In this document: piece after piece, positions 13,601-25,366 of the stretch
Layout of the letters: every line of letters begins with the position of its first letter
Numbering within the stretch: position 1 is the first letter of the stretch
NCBI GenBank assembly: GCA_030390025.1
Contig: CM059438.1
Coordinates: 69,070,001-69,134,000, forward strand
Direction of reading: 5' to 3'
Origin: Squalus acanthias
Lineage: Eukaryota
DNA: 64,000 nucleotides
The notes under the pieces: model-generated
Told to the model about the DNA's origin: nothing
The model's database searches: none
What the model saw: only the letters and a program-made list of their open reading frames with translations
Translations under genes and position numbers: made by a program

Positions 13601-14467
13601 AAACATCAATATTTTGGGACCATTGTGTATCAAAACAGGTTGCTCCATTTTCTGTGAGTGAGCCTCACTTTTATCCCTTATGCATTTTGGAGGAAAGAAG
13701 GAAAATGAGTAATATGATAAATCATAGACTGTGTCCATAATTACTTGTCTCTTCATAAAGTTTTTTTTTCCAGGCCAGCTTGACTAAAGACTGGTATAGA
13801 AAATGGAATTGAAGCCCCAGATTAGTGGTGTGACATAATTAAGGATTTAAACTGAAAAAAATCCCAAAGGTTGGAAAAAATATAGGCATGGATTTTGCGG
13901 TCAGCGGTGAACAAACAGTGCTTGTCCTTCATTGCACTTCCACTTGCCCGCAGACTTTCTGTGGGCTTTTACATTGATTTGCGATAAATAGAGAGCCGAA
14001 ACAGTGTGGTGCCCTCTACAGGAGATCTGGGACCTGTGTGAACAGGACAAGCAACAGCGTGTCCCCTTAACCAATCAGATTTATGAATCCTTACTAAGAC
14101 ACGCAGGGGGTGAAATTGGGCTGTGTAGCGCCCATTGTTTGGGTGTTACGAGTCCTCTTAAACTACCAAAATGGTATCTGCTACGCGCGCATATAATTCC
14201 AGCGGGTAGTGCGCCGGACGCCATATTTGTAAAGGTGTTTGCGTGCGCACACCTGACGACCGGTGGCAGTATGCAGATCATGATGTCAATCAATGTGTAA
14301 CACTGATTTGATGCCAGCGCTGCCATTTTGAAGCAGCACGCTGCAGCTTATGCACTCTCTTAGCCTTGCACAGCTGAACATGCATTCAACAGCCTGAAGG
14401 AACCCCCCACCAACGCTATTTAAAGGGATCATCAACTACTTGCATGTTAGTTACTGGATTATTTCTC

Positions 14468-14875
14468 TAGAGTTTAGAAGAATGAGAGGTGATCTTATTG
14501 AAACATACAAAATTCTTACAGGGCTTGACAGGGTAGATGCAGGGAGGATGTTTCCCCTGGCTGGGGAGTCTAGAACCAGGGGTCACAGTCTCAGAATAAG
14601 GGGTCGGTCATTTAGGACTGAGATGAGGAGAAATTTCTTCACTCAGAGGGTGGTGAATATTTGGAATTCTCTACCCCAGAGGGCTGTGGAAGCTCAGTCG
14701 TTGAGTATACTCAAGACAGAGATCAATAGATTTTTGAATCAAGGGATATGGGGATAGTGCAGGAAAGTGGAGTTGAGGTAGAAAATCAACCATGATCTTA
14801 TTGAATGGTGGAGCAGGCTCGATGGGGCCAAATGGCCTACTCCTGCTCCTATTTCTTATGTTATTATGTTCTTAT
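14468..14875 (+). mobile_element. CR1 3' end
   Basis: ORF 14440-14757 (RRMRGDLIETYKIL..WNSLPQ), (TTCTTATG)n tail, TTATTTCT repeated on both sides. Confidence 0.9.
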
Positions 14876-17100
14876 TTCTTCTGGCTGTTGCTGCAATTCT
14901 ACACATTTTCCGTGCTTTTCCATACTTGTTTAAAGTTTCAGTAGTCTACAGGGAGTGGTCTGGCTGGTGCTGAAGTACTTTTTTGGTGACTTAAAGGCTT
15001 GTGCACAAACCAGTTGCTTCCAGACATGGGTGACCTAGTAGGGCTTCTTCTTGACATTGAGCATGGCTGGGAGACTGAGCAGAGGCCACGCAGAGCAGGA
15101 CAAGATGCTTGAAGAGGGAGGAGGGGGAGAAGGGCTCTCAGCAAAGCTCCTTCCCATAATGGCCAGCACTGTCTCCTCCATGGAGGTTAAAACATGCAGG
15201 CATGCCTCTCCCTCTCCAGTTAGTTCCTGCTGCCTCCTGTTGTGCGCCACCTTCTCCTGCAAGAAAGAGGGAGTGTGTCAGTGAGTATCGTGCAATATGT
15301 TTGGGTGATATGGCTGTCATGGTTGAATCACTGCAAGCTGTGCAAGCTGTGACTTGTGGGTGTGAGGCTTGCAACACTGCTAAGTGTGTGAGGGTGAGGT
15401 ACAGCATATGACTGGTAGGGTTGAGTCCTGATTGATAGCGATTGTTATGTAGGTGAGCGATGGGATGTAGTGAATGAGGGTCATGGTGCAATTGGTAGGA
15501 TATGGCATTTGAAGATGCACTCCTGACCTTGACAACTCGTGTGAGATCATTAAACTTCTTCCTGAACTGCATCCAGGTCCTTGGGGCTACACTACTGCTA
15601 TTGACCTCAGCCGTTATCTCTTGCCACTGCCTTCTGTGCATGTGTCTGGAGGGATACCCTGAAGCTACAGGAATTTCTTTTCTATTCGTTTATGGGATCT
15701 GGGTGTCGCTGGCAAGGCCAGCATTTATTGCCCATCCCTAATTGCCCTTGAGAAGGTGGTGGTGAGCTGTCTTCTTGAACCGCTGCAGTCTGTGTAGTGA
15801 AGGTACTCCCACAGTGCTGTTAGGGAGGGAGTTCCAGGATTTTGACCCAGCGATGATGAAGGAACGGCGATATATTTCCAAGTCAGGATGGTGTGTAACT
15901 TTGGGAGAACTTGCAGGTGGTGGTGTTGCCATGTGCCTGCTGCCCTTGTCCTTCTAGTTGGTAGGGGTCGTGGGTTTCAGAGGTGATGCTGAAGAAGCCT
16001 TGGCGAATTGCTGCACTGCATCTTGTAGATGGTACACACTGTAGCCATGGTGCGCCGGTGGTGGAGGAAGTGAATGTTTAAGGTGGTGGATGAGGTGCCA
16101 ATCAAGCAGGCTGCTTTTGTCCTGGGTGGTGTCAAGCTTCTTGAGTGTTATTGGAACTGCACTCATCCAGGCAAGTGGAGAGTGTTCTATCACACTCTTG
16201 ACTTGTGCCTTGTAGATGGTGGAAGGCTTTGGGGAGTAAGGAGGTGAGACTCCCACTGCAGAATACCCAGCCTCTGATCTGCTCTTGTTGCTATAGTATT
16301 TATGTGGCCGGTCCAGTTAAGTTTCTGGTCAATGGTGACCCCCCAGGATGTTGATGGTGGGGGATTCCACAATGTTAATGCTGTTGAATATCAAGGGGCG
16401 GTGGTTAGACTCTCGCTTGTTGGAGATAGTCATTGCCTGGCACTTGTGTGGATCGAATGTTACTTACCACTTATCAGCCCAAGCCTGAATGTCGTCCAGA
16501 TCTCGCTGCATGCGGGCATGGACTGCTTCATTATCTTAGGAGTTGAGAATGGAACTGAACACTGTGCAATTATCAGCGAACATCCCCACTTCTGACCTTA
16601 TGATGAAGGGAAAGTCATCGATGAAGCAGCTGAAGATGGTTGGGCCTAGGACACTGCCCTGAAGATCTCCTGCAGCGATGTCCTGGGGCTGAGATGATTG
16701 ACCTCCAACAACCACAACTATTTTCCTTTTTGCTAGATATGACTCCAGCCAGTGGAGCGTATTCCCCCTGATTCTCATTGACTTCAGTTTTACTAGGGCA
16801 GCTTGATGCCACACTCGGTCAAATGCTGCCTCGTTGTCAAGGGCAGTCATTCCCACCTCACCTCTGGAATTCAGCTCCTTTGTCTATGTTTGGACCAAGG
16901 CTGTAATGAGGTCTGGAGCCAAGTAGTCCTGGCAGAACCCAAACTGAGCATCAGTGAGAAGGTTGTTGGTGAGTAAGTGCTGCTTGATAGCACTGTCGAC
17001 GACACCTTCCATCACTTTGCTGATGATTGAGAGTAGACTGATGGGGCGGATTGGATTTGTCCTGCTTTTTGTGGACAGGACATACCTGGGCAGTTTTCCA

Positions 17101-18144
17101 TACCAGTGCTTCCGATATGTCTTTCTTTTTCCTCAACCGAGGATTACCCTCTACCGTGGTTGGCATGACTCTCGACCATGTCCGTTCCATTTCCCGCACT
17201 CCTGCTCTCACCCCTTCTCCCTCCCAGAACCACGATAAGGTTCCCCTTGTCCTCACCTTTCACCCCACCAGCCTCCACATTCAACGGATCAACCTCCGTC
17301 ATTTCTGCCACCTCCAACGTGATCCCACCACCAAACGCATCTTCTCCTCCCCACCCCTTTCAGTATTCTGAGGGACCACTCCCTCCGCAACACCCTGGTC
17401 CACTCCTCAATCACTCCCAACAGCCCCTCCTCTCCCCACGGCACCTTCCCGTGCAAGCGCAGGAGATGCAACACCTGCCCTTTTACCTCCTCCTTTCCCA
17501 CTGTCCAGGGCCCCAAACACCCCTTCCAGGTAAAACAGCGATTTACTTGTACTTCTTACAATTTAGTATACTGTATTCGCTGCTCACGATGCGGTCTCCT
17601 CTACATTGGGGAGACCAAACGCAGATTGGGTGATCGCTTTGCAGAACACCTCCGTTCAGTCCGTAAGGGTGACCCGAGCTTCCGGTCGCCTGTCCCTTTA
17701 ATTCTCCCCTCCACTCCCACTCTGATCTCTCTGTCCTCGGCCTATTACACTGTTCCAATTAAGCTCAACGTGAGCTCGAGGAACAGCACCTCATCTTTCA
17801 ATTAGGCACTTTACAGCCTTCTGGACTCAATATTGAGTTCAACAATTTCAGACTATAACACCCCACCCCCCCGCCCCATTTTATCAGGCGGCAGCTGTTG
17901 ATGATTCTGCCATCCCCATTTGCAACATTTAATGTCTCCTGCCTTCCACTCTAGCACAGACTGTCCCTTAGTTCCTTCCTCCCCTCCCCCCTTTCCCTGC
18001 CTCTGCACCTGCTTAAAATCTGTTACATCTCCAACTTTTACCAGTTCTGACGAAGGGTCACAGACCTGAAACGTTAACTCTGTTTCTCTCTCCACAGATG
18101 CTGCCTGGCCTGCTGAGTGTTTCCAGCATTTTCTGTTGTTATTT
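17101..18144 (+). mobile_element. Penelope-like element 3' part: Cys-rich linker, GIY-YIG endonuclease and terminal repeat
   Basis: Manual translation gives PCKRRRCNTC..FTCTSYNLVYCIRCSRCGLLYIGETKRRLGDRFAEHLRSV (~17450-17660). Flanked by the 10-bp direct repeat CAGTTTTCCA (17091-17100 and 18145-18154). Confidence 0.9.
18043..18079 (+). ncRNA. Minimal type I hammerhead ribozyme motif in the Penelope terminus
   Basis: AGTT-CTGACGA-A-GGGTC-aca-GACCT-GAAA-CGT-T-AACT: conserved core, stem II, palindromic ACGT helix III and stem I AGTT/AACT. Confidence 0.75.
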
Positions 18145-19704
18145 CAGTTTTCCACATTGTCAGGTAAATGCCAGTGTTGTAGCTGTACTGGAACAGCTTG
18201 GCTAGAGGCACGGCTAGTTTTGGAGCACAAGTCTTCAGCACGATAGCCGGGATGTTGTCAGGGCCCATAGCCTTTGCTGTATCCAGTGCACTCTGCCGTT
18301 TCTTGATAGCACATGGTGTGAATTGAATTGGCGGAAGACTGGTTTCTGTTACGGTGGGGACCTCAGCAGGCGGCCAATATGGATCATCCACTCAGCACTT
18401 CTGGCTGAAGATGGTTGCAAACGCTTCAGCCTTGTCTTTTGCACTCGCGTGCTGGGCTCCACCATCATTGAGGATGGGGATGTTCATGGAGCCTCCTCCT
18501 CCCATTAGTTGTTTAATGGTTCACCACAATGCACATCTGGCTGTGGCAGGACTGCAGAGCTTTGATCAGATCCGTTGATTGTGGGATCGCTTTGCTCTGT
18601 CTATAGTATGCTGCTTCTGCTGTTTAGCATGCATGTAGTCTCTCCTTCTTTCCATCTTCTTTCCACATCTCTCCTTCTTTCCACCTCTTCCACTAAAACC
18701 TCCAGTGCAGTGTCCGAAAACCTTGGTGCATGCTCTCTCCCATGGTCAGCCATTGTTGAATCTTCCACAGTACAATATTCACAATGATCTCAGCAACACT
18801 AGCAGCCACAATGCACCTCCCCTTTAAGCAGTACAGTCTAACTTTAAGTAATGCAGGCACTCATGATATTGGGCCCCCTGCTGATGCGTACAGCCAATCA
18901 ACAGCGTGAGGAGCTCTGGCTGCACGCAGCAATCATTGAAATGTGCATCACGATCACTGCGTCTGTTTTCAGGGGTTTATCCAAGGTAACCCCTGCAGAA
19001 TCTAAACCAGGAAGTGTAAGTTAGAATATTTAATTCAATGTAGAATCCTGTACAGAAATCAAAATAAAGAGAGGGAAAGAAAGATGGGATTAAAAGAAAG
19101 AGAGAAAAAAAGAGAAAGTAAAACATGTTTATTTTAATTTTTTAATTTATTTAAATCTCCAACAATAATTAAAATCTGAAGGAATGAGACTCCATACTTG
19201 TAAAAGTAAATTTTCAGTGCCAGAGAGGTTGTTTAGCAGTAATTAAAACTTATCACCCCATTAAAAATTCACTTACACTTGAATGGACAAGCCCTAACTT
19301 TTTCTGGCATGTTTAGTGGGTATCTCGTGGTTAATTACAGCAAATTCAAGCCCTTCCATGTATGTGAATGCTGAGTCTCTTGGTGAGATGCTGTTAGAGC
19401 GCAGCTTGTGGAGGAGCAGGGCAACTCGGAGAGCAACTTCATGATTTCCGTGTTTAACTGCGCATGTGCGGACGCCAGAAGTTGCTGTCCGACCTATTCC
19501 TTAATAACAGTGATAGGCTCACCGTTATTCCTACCGCAAAATCTGGACCATAATATTCATTGTTTTAAAAAAGCACGAGGAGCTGTCCTTTTATTTCATT
19601 GTGATACTTTTATATCATTTCATGTCAGCTTTAGAACCTGGGTCATTTTTATGAGTTACACCTTCTCTTAATAAAGCATCCATGCATAGTCTTCTTATTA
19701 GTAA

Positions 19705-19945
19705 GATGTGAGAAGTCGCACAACACCAGGTTATAGTCCAACAGTTTTATTTGAAATCACAAGCTTTCGGAGCGCTGCTCCTTCGTCAGGTGAAGTGAAG
19801 AGATGCATATAGGCACAGCATGTATAGTCAGAGAACACTGCCAGATGATTACAGTTAATCTTTCCAACTGCCCTTTATCACACCTCGGCAGAGAGATAAT
19901 CACGGCAATCAAAGGTGTGGATGGTGTCCAAACAGGTCAGTCAGC
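19705..19945 (-). mobile_element. Terminal fragment of a second Penelope-like family
   Basis: Carries a hammerhead motif followed by an AAATAAAACTGTTGGACTATAACCTGGTGTTGTG 3' end, which I recognise as a PLE-type terminus. Confidence 0.6.
19757..19793 (-). ncRNA. Minimal type I hammerhead ribozyme motif
   Basis: Minus strand reads TCAC-CTGACGA-A-GGAGC-agc-GCTCC-GAAA-GCT-T-GTGA: perfect stems I and II and palindromic AGCT helix III. Confidence 0.8.
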
Positions 19946-20814
19946 AAAACATTACATCAAAGACAATGTGGCAGATGCTGGGGTCTGTATGGAAAACAAA
20001 AAAGTTATTTTGCTGGAAATCACAGTAAGATGAGTGATGTGACTGGTATCTCTGTGCCACAGAAGCAATTTTCCATCTGTAAATCTCTCAAGGATTATCA
20101 ACAACACATTCACAGTCTTCAAGTTTTTGATTTTCAAATGATCCTGTGTCTCATCAGCATGACAGTGAGGATTAGTCCTCCACCTTCAATAAAATGTATG
20201 AAAGTATTAGCATTCTGATTATGGAGATCCTAGAATTCCAATCATTTTGGTGTTTAGCAAAATTGGAACACTGTGGTGGTGTTGTGAACCACAGCATCTC
20301 CAAGCAACTTTGGTTTGGGCTCATCAAGGGACTCTGGCACTTTGAATGCTGAGGATTATTTTGGGAGATTCTCAATGTTGGAGTTAGTTTCTGTTGAGAA
20401 GCAGGACTAACTGGGGTGTTGGCATCTGGGTCCAGGGAGTTCTTTACAAAACATTATTTGGGACTGTTTTAAAAATTCACTGAAAAACTTAAATGATAGG
20501 GCACAAAGGATGAAAACAGCCAGAGGAAAGATACAGGAGCAGTGATTTGTGAATAACAAAGCCGGGTTTGTAGGAGGAGATCGAGGGAGGTAAGAAGCTC
20601 CACAGTGATCAAAGGACACATACAGTGTGATGGTGAATTAGATTAACATTTGAGTTAAAAAGCTTGACACTGCACTTCTGCTGAAGACAGGGAGTAACAG
20701 AAATGCACAGTTAGCAACAACTCAATTCTGTATATGCAAAATTAACTCCTCAAGTCCGATAAAAAATATAAACCCCTGGAAAAACCCAGTGAAAAGTAGA
20801 TTTCAGGAAGTATT

Positions 20815-21558
20815 GGCCCAGAAATTGATCTCGCTCTGTTCCCGCGGGGGTAAGCCTTTCCCGCGATGTCTCACCTCGCTTATGCTTTTTCTGATCCAGC
20901 TCGCACGAAATTGATGTTCCAGACATCAGCTGTGCTGGGCTTGCGTATCCCAGCGGCGTAGTTAATTCGTGCGAGCTGTGGGATCACGTGACTCAGTTAG
21001 AGCCAATGGCAGCACACCATCTTCCATTCATAAGTCTCACAGCATGGCTGAGAGACTTATGAATCTTACACCCCCCCAAAATAACAGCTAAACCTCAATT
21101 AAATTTTTTAAAAAACCCATCACATTAACAAAATAAGTATAGTTAATTAAATTAACCATTTTAAATAAAAAATTAAATTTTTGAAAAAATTTAAAATCTT
21201 TTAAAAAGTTATAAAAATAAACTTACCTGTCTTTAAAGTCTATAAAAAAGATATACCTGTAAAAAAAAATTCAAAAAAATACTTAATTCACTACTTACCT
21301 TCTTAAAAGCGGGTCTTACTCCTCCTTTTTACATTTCCAAAATCTTCAGTACTTACCTGCGCGTCCAAAGCATGAAGTGCACAGCGTGCGCGCAGCCTGT
21401 AGCGCGCACGTGATGCACTCCGGCCCCGCCCCCTTTTCGGAAGAGCAATTGCCGGTTTTCAGCGCATGCGCAGGGCATGCAGAAAACCGGCAATTGGAGT
21501 GGGAATACGCGAGAGTATGCAGTGCGTACTCTCGCGTCCCGGGATCAATTTTCGGCCC
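20815..21558. mobile_element. Harbinger-type MITE, intact, with CpG-rich ends and AT-rich core
   Basis: TIRs GGCCCAGAAATTGATC / GATCAATTTTCGGCCC with ATT TSD. Confidence 0.85.
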
Positions 21559-21574
21559 ATTATATCTTCAGTAA

Positions 21575-22440
21575 GGGTCCACACGCATCAAGAACTGGAC
21601 AACATCCAAGCTTGGGCTGATAAATGGCAAGTAACATTCACACCACACAAGTGCCAGGCAATGACCATCTTCAACAAGAGAGTCTAACCACCTCCCCTTG
21701 ACATTCAATGGCATTACCATCATTGAATTCCCCCACCATCAACATCCTGTGGGTCACCTTTGAGCAAAACTTAACTGGACCAACCACATAAATACTGTAG
21801 TTATAAGAGCAGGTCAGAGGCTAGGTATTCTGCGGCGAGTGTCTCACCTCCTGCTCCCCAAAGCCTTTCCACCCTCTACAAGGCACAAGTCAGGAGTGTG
21901 ATGGAATACTCTCCACTTGCCTGGCTGAGTGTAGCTCCAACAACACTCAAGAAACTTGACACCATCCAGGACAAAGCAGTCCGCTTGATTGGCACCCCAT
22001 CCACCACCTTAAACATTCACTCCCTCCACCACCTTAAACATTCACTTCCTCCACCACCATGGCTGCAGTGTGTATCATCTACAAGATGCACTGCAGTATC
22101 TCACCAACAACGACAGCACCTCCGAAACCCGCGACCTCAACAACCTAGAAGGACAAGGGCAACAGACGCAGGGGAACACCGCCACCTCCAAGTTCCCTTC
22201 CAAGTTAGACACCATCCTGACTTGGAAATATATCACCGTTCCTTCATCGTCGTTGGGTCAAAATCCTGGACCTCCCTCCCTAACAGTACTGTGGGACTAC
22301 CTTCACCACACTGATTGCAGCCGTTCAAGAAGGCATCTCACCACCACCTTCTCAAGGATAATTAGGGATGGGCAATAAATACTGGCCTTGCCAGTGACGC
22401 CCACATCCTGTGAATGAATAAAGAAAAAAAGAAAAAAAAG
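21575..22440 (+). mobile_element. LINE family B 3' fragment
   Basis: IQAWADKWQVTF and MEYSPLAWLSVAPTTLKKLDTIQDKA, followed by an A-rich tail. Confidence 0.88.
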
Positions 22441-22854
22441 AATGTAAATTTGGTTTTAGTAGAGTCATCCGTTCCTATTAGCCCAGTATTGAAGTAACAA
22501 GTACAAGAATTATCCATTTCTATTCACCCACCAAGTACAAAAAATGTAATTATTCTGTCACATTTGTAATGTGCACAATGAGTTTCATTAGAGAAAATAT
22601 CTGTATTAACAAAAGAAAGTGTTTGTACTTCAAATTAAATTGTGACAGGAGGGCAAACTAGTAAAACACAAATTTAGGACTGATAGCAAAATTCGTCTTC
22701 GCACAATGTGGGTAATTTGGACTTGGAGAGCTGGTGTAAAACAGGCGATATCGATTCAGCCGCCCATTCTACATCTCTCCCGCCTTTAACTTCCATTGAC
22801 TTCAATAAATACCTGGGTTATTCAGGAGAAAGTTGGTTGAAGGATTTAAACGTT

Positions 22855-23803
22855 CATCCCTGCACTGATGACACCCAGCTCTAATTCACCACCACCTCGC
22901 TCAACCCTTCCACTGCCTTTGTGCTGTCGGACTGCTTGCCGGACATGCAGTCTTGGATGAGCTGCAATTTCCTCCAGCTAAACATTGTGAAGACCAAAGC
23001 CATCATTTTCAGCACCTGCCACCAGCTCAATCGCCTTGCCGATGACTCCATCCCCCCCTCCCGGCCCCTGTATCAAGCTGAACCAGACTATTCCAGCTTC
23101 CACATCTTATTTGACTCAAGCTGAGCTTCTGACCACATATCCTCTCTGTCACAAAAACTGCCTACCTCCACCTTTATGGCATCACCCACCTCCGCCCCTA
23201 TCTTATCCCATCTGCTGCTGAGAACCCTCATCCCATGCCTTTGTCACCTACAGACTCAACTATTCAAATGCTCTCTTGGCCAGCTCCCATTCTCCACCTT
23301 CCGCAAACTTCAGCTCATCCAAACCTCTGCTGTTTGTATCCTATCCTGCACCAAGTCCTACGCACCCACCACCCCTGCCTTCACTGCACTACATTGGCTG
23401 CCAATCCCCCAATGCTTCAAATCTAAAATTTTCATCTTCATGTTTAATCCACTTCATTGTCTCACTCCTCCCTATCTTTACAACAACCTCCAGCACTACA
23501 AATTTCTCCCTAACTGTGCGTTCCTCTAACTCTGACCTTTTCTGTATACCTCCGCCCGGAACACAATTTGCAGTCATGCCTTCAGTCAACTCAGCCCCAT
23601 GCTCTAAAATCCCCTCCCTAAATGCCTCTGCTTCTACACTCCTCCTTTAAGACCCTCCTTAAATCCCCCTCTTTGACCAAACTGCTCGTCGCTCCTCCTA
23701 ATATCTCCTCCTTTCACTTGGTATCCATTTATTTGGTGACGCTTCTGTGAAGCACCTTGGAACACTGTTCTATGTTAAACGCTCGATACAAATACAGGTT
23801 GTA
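22855..23803 (+). mobile_element. L2-clade LINE 3' fragment (old)
   Basis: (A)DDTQL, WMSCNFLQLNIVKTK, KLQLIQTSA and LHWLPI motifs. 3' end GTGAAGCACCTTGG..ATACAAATACAGG resembles the SINE tails in this window. Confidence 0.82.
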
Positions 23804-24619
23804 GATATAGTTGAAAAACTTTCCCTTCCTGATTTGTGTGGTTGAGGCTAAGATGCCTCTACTTAAAGCTGAATCTTGCGACTTGACATGGCACATTTCA
23901 GCAACAATGTACACTGCTTGCCAAGTTCTCTAGTATTTCTGCTGAAATAAAAGACCCTGAATGCAGAGCCCTGAAGTAAACTGCTTCGAGACAGTAATGG
24001 ATGTCGTCTGCATCCTAAACTGCCTAGGAATTTTGGATGCTCTCCCAGCTGCCCAAGCCTGGTGCGAGATCATTTTTTTGAACGTGTTTAGTTACACCAA
24101 TGATGAATTTTGATCTCATTTGATGCACGCATTCAGTTGATGCGTCCCCTTACATATCTTGGTCAACCTGGATACTTTTCCAGCCTCATAGCCAATATGA
24201 TTGTGGCATTTCACCTCAATCTGGATGTCCTGTTTGTAGATTCTAATTTTTTTTTGTCGTTCTCTCCTCGAGAAAATGACCCAGTTGATGTTGAAGTGGA
24301 TCTCTTTGGGGAGTTCTATCAGCAGCCTCAGTTGCTGAAACTGTCAGCTAAAACTCAGCTGCTATCTCGCCTTGTTGGCCACCAGGAGGGTTTGGTTCGT
24401 GCTCTAGCAGATGCGGTAGCAATGCTATATTTGTAATAGAGCCAGCTTTTAGAGAGCTTTTTTTTTGGCATTCACTTTCCAATTTTCTCTTTTTTTTCTC
24501 CTGCAGGCAGTGCTGGCGAACAGTGCCAGCAGTCTCTAAGCTCTGAAACCAAATTAACATTCATCACATAGGATCCGAAACCGTGTGAAAAGGCTTTTTT
24601 GAGCTTGGGAAGTATTCAG

Positions 24620-24893
24620 AGCCAAGTCTGATATAGTCTTCGCCCAAAGTGTGCAAGTGGGGAGATGCTGCTTCCAAAGCTGTGGCCATGAGATAGTGAT
24701 CAAGAGCAGAAACCCCACCCGTCTTTTCCCTACAAATCTGGAGGTGCTGAGGCCAACTATAGCAGTTTCATCCCAACTGTAACTGAGATCCGTTAACTCA
24801 GAACACACCAGGGATAACATCTGGGACTACTCCGGCGCTATATGATTCAGTGCCACTCCATTCACTACATTTACTACAGAGTCATTCAGGAGT
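24620..24893 (-). mobile_element. Old tRNA-derived SINE-like fragment
   Basis: Minus strand has degenerate A/B-box-like segments followed by ATCCCTGGTGTGTTCTGAGTTAACGGATCTCAG..TTGGCCTCAGCACC. Recognised from memory as a shark SINE body. Confidence 0.45.
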
Positions 24894-24956
24894 CCCAATG
24901 TTTTTTTGGTATGTGTACTTTAACTTTGATTTTTATTAGATTGCGCTATATAAAAA

Positions 24957-25366
24957 GAAAAAGGAAGACTTGCATTTATATAGCACCTTTTGCAACCTCT
25001 GGACGTCCAAAAGCACTTTACAGCCGATGCAGTACTTTGAAAGTGTAGTCGTTGTTGAAATGCGGCAGCCAATTTGCACACAGCAAGGTTTCACAAACAG
25101 CAGTGTGATAATCACCAGATAATCCGTTTTTAGTGATCTTGGTTGAGGGATAAATATTGGCCAGGACACCAGGGAGAAATCCCCTGCTCTTCTTCAAAGT
25201 AGTGCCATGGGATTTTTTACATCCTCCTGAGAGGGCATACTGGACCTCGGTTTAACGTCTCATCCGAAGATGGCATGTTTGACAGTGCCGCGCTCCCTCA
25301 GTACTCCGTCAGCCTAGCTACTCTGCTCAAGTCTTTGGAGTGGGACTTGAACCCACAACCTTCTGA
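24957..25366 (-). mobile_element. SacSINE1-like DeuSINE
   Basis: B box GGTTCAAGTCC, Deu-like core and L2-like tail GCTATATAAATGCAAGTC. Homologous to 52744-53200 and 56423-56883. Confidence 0.85.

Larger units (their letters stand above)
15678..18637 (-). mobile_element. Second LINE family (CR1/Jockey-group, 'family B'), interrupted by a Penelope element
   Basis: ORFs with AAFDRVWHQ, QGSVLGPTIFSCF and YKAQVKSVIEHSPLAW. 3' end GGGCAATAAATGCTGGCC shared with the copies at ~22370 and ~59570. Confidence 0.88.
14106..18994. mobile_element. Harbinger derivative B with Myb/SANT pseudogene (-), inserted in MITE A
   Basis: Ends GGGGGTGAAATTGG / CCAAGGTAACCCCT with GCA TSD. ORF 15138-15641 (WQEITAEVN..PRTWMQFRKKFNDLTRVVK) and exon 2 EKVAHNRRQQELTGEG. 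Confidence 0.78.
13885..19549. mobile_element. Harbinger-type MITE family A (~0.75 kb) split by nested insertions
   Basis: TIRs GGCATGGATTTTGCGG / CCGCAAAATCTGGACC with ATA TSD. The two halves join into a sequence matching the uninterrupted inverted copy at 49194-49950. Confidence 0.85.

Noticed and set aside
21350..21365. U1 snRNA gene or pseudogene (TACTTACCTG)
   Set aside because: The match stops after 10 nt and no U1 body follows.
24110..24436. 108-aa ORF with a protein-like segment after a pyrimidine tract
   Set aside because: No recognisable domain, and no convincing donor or partner exon.
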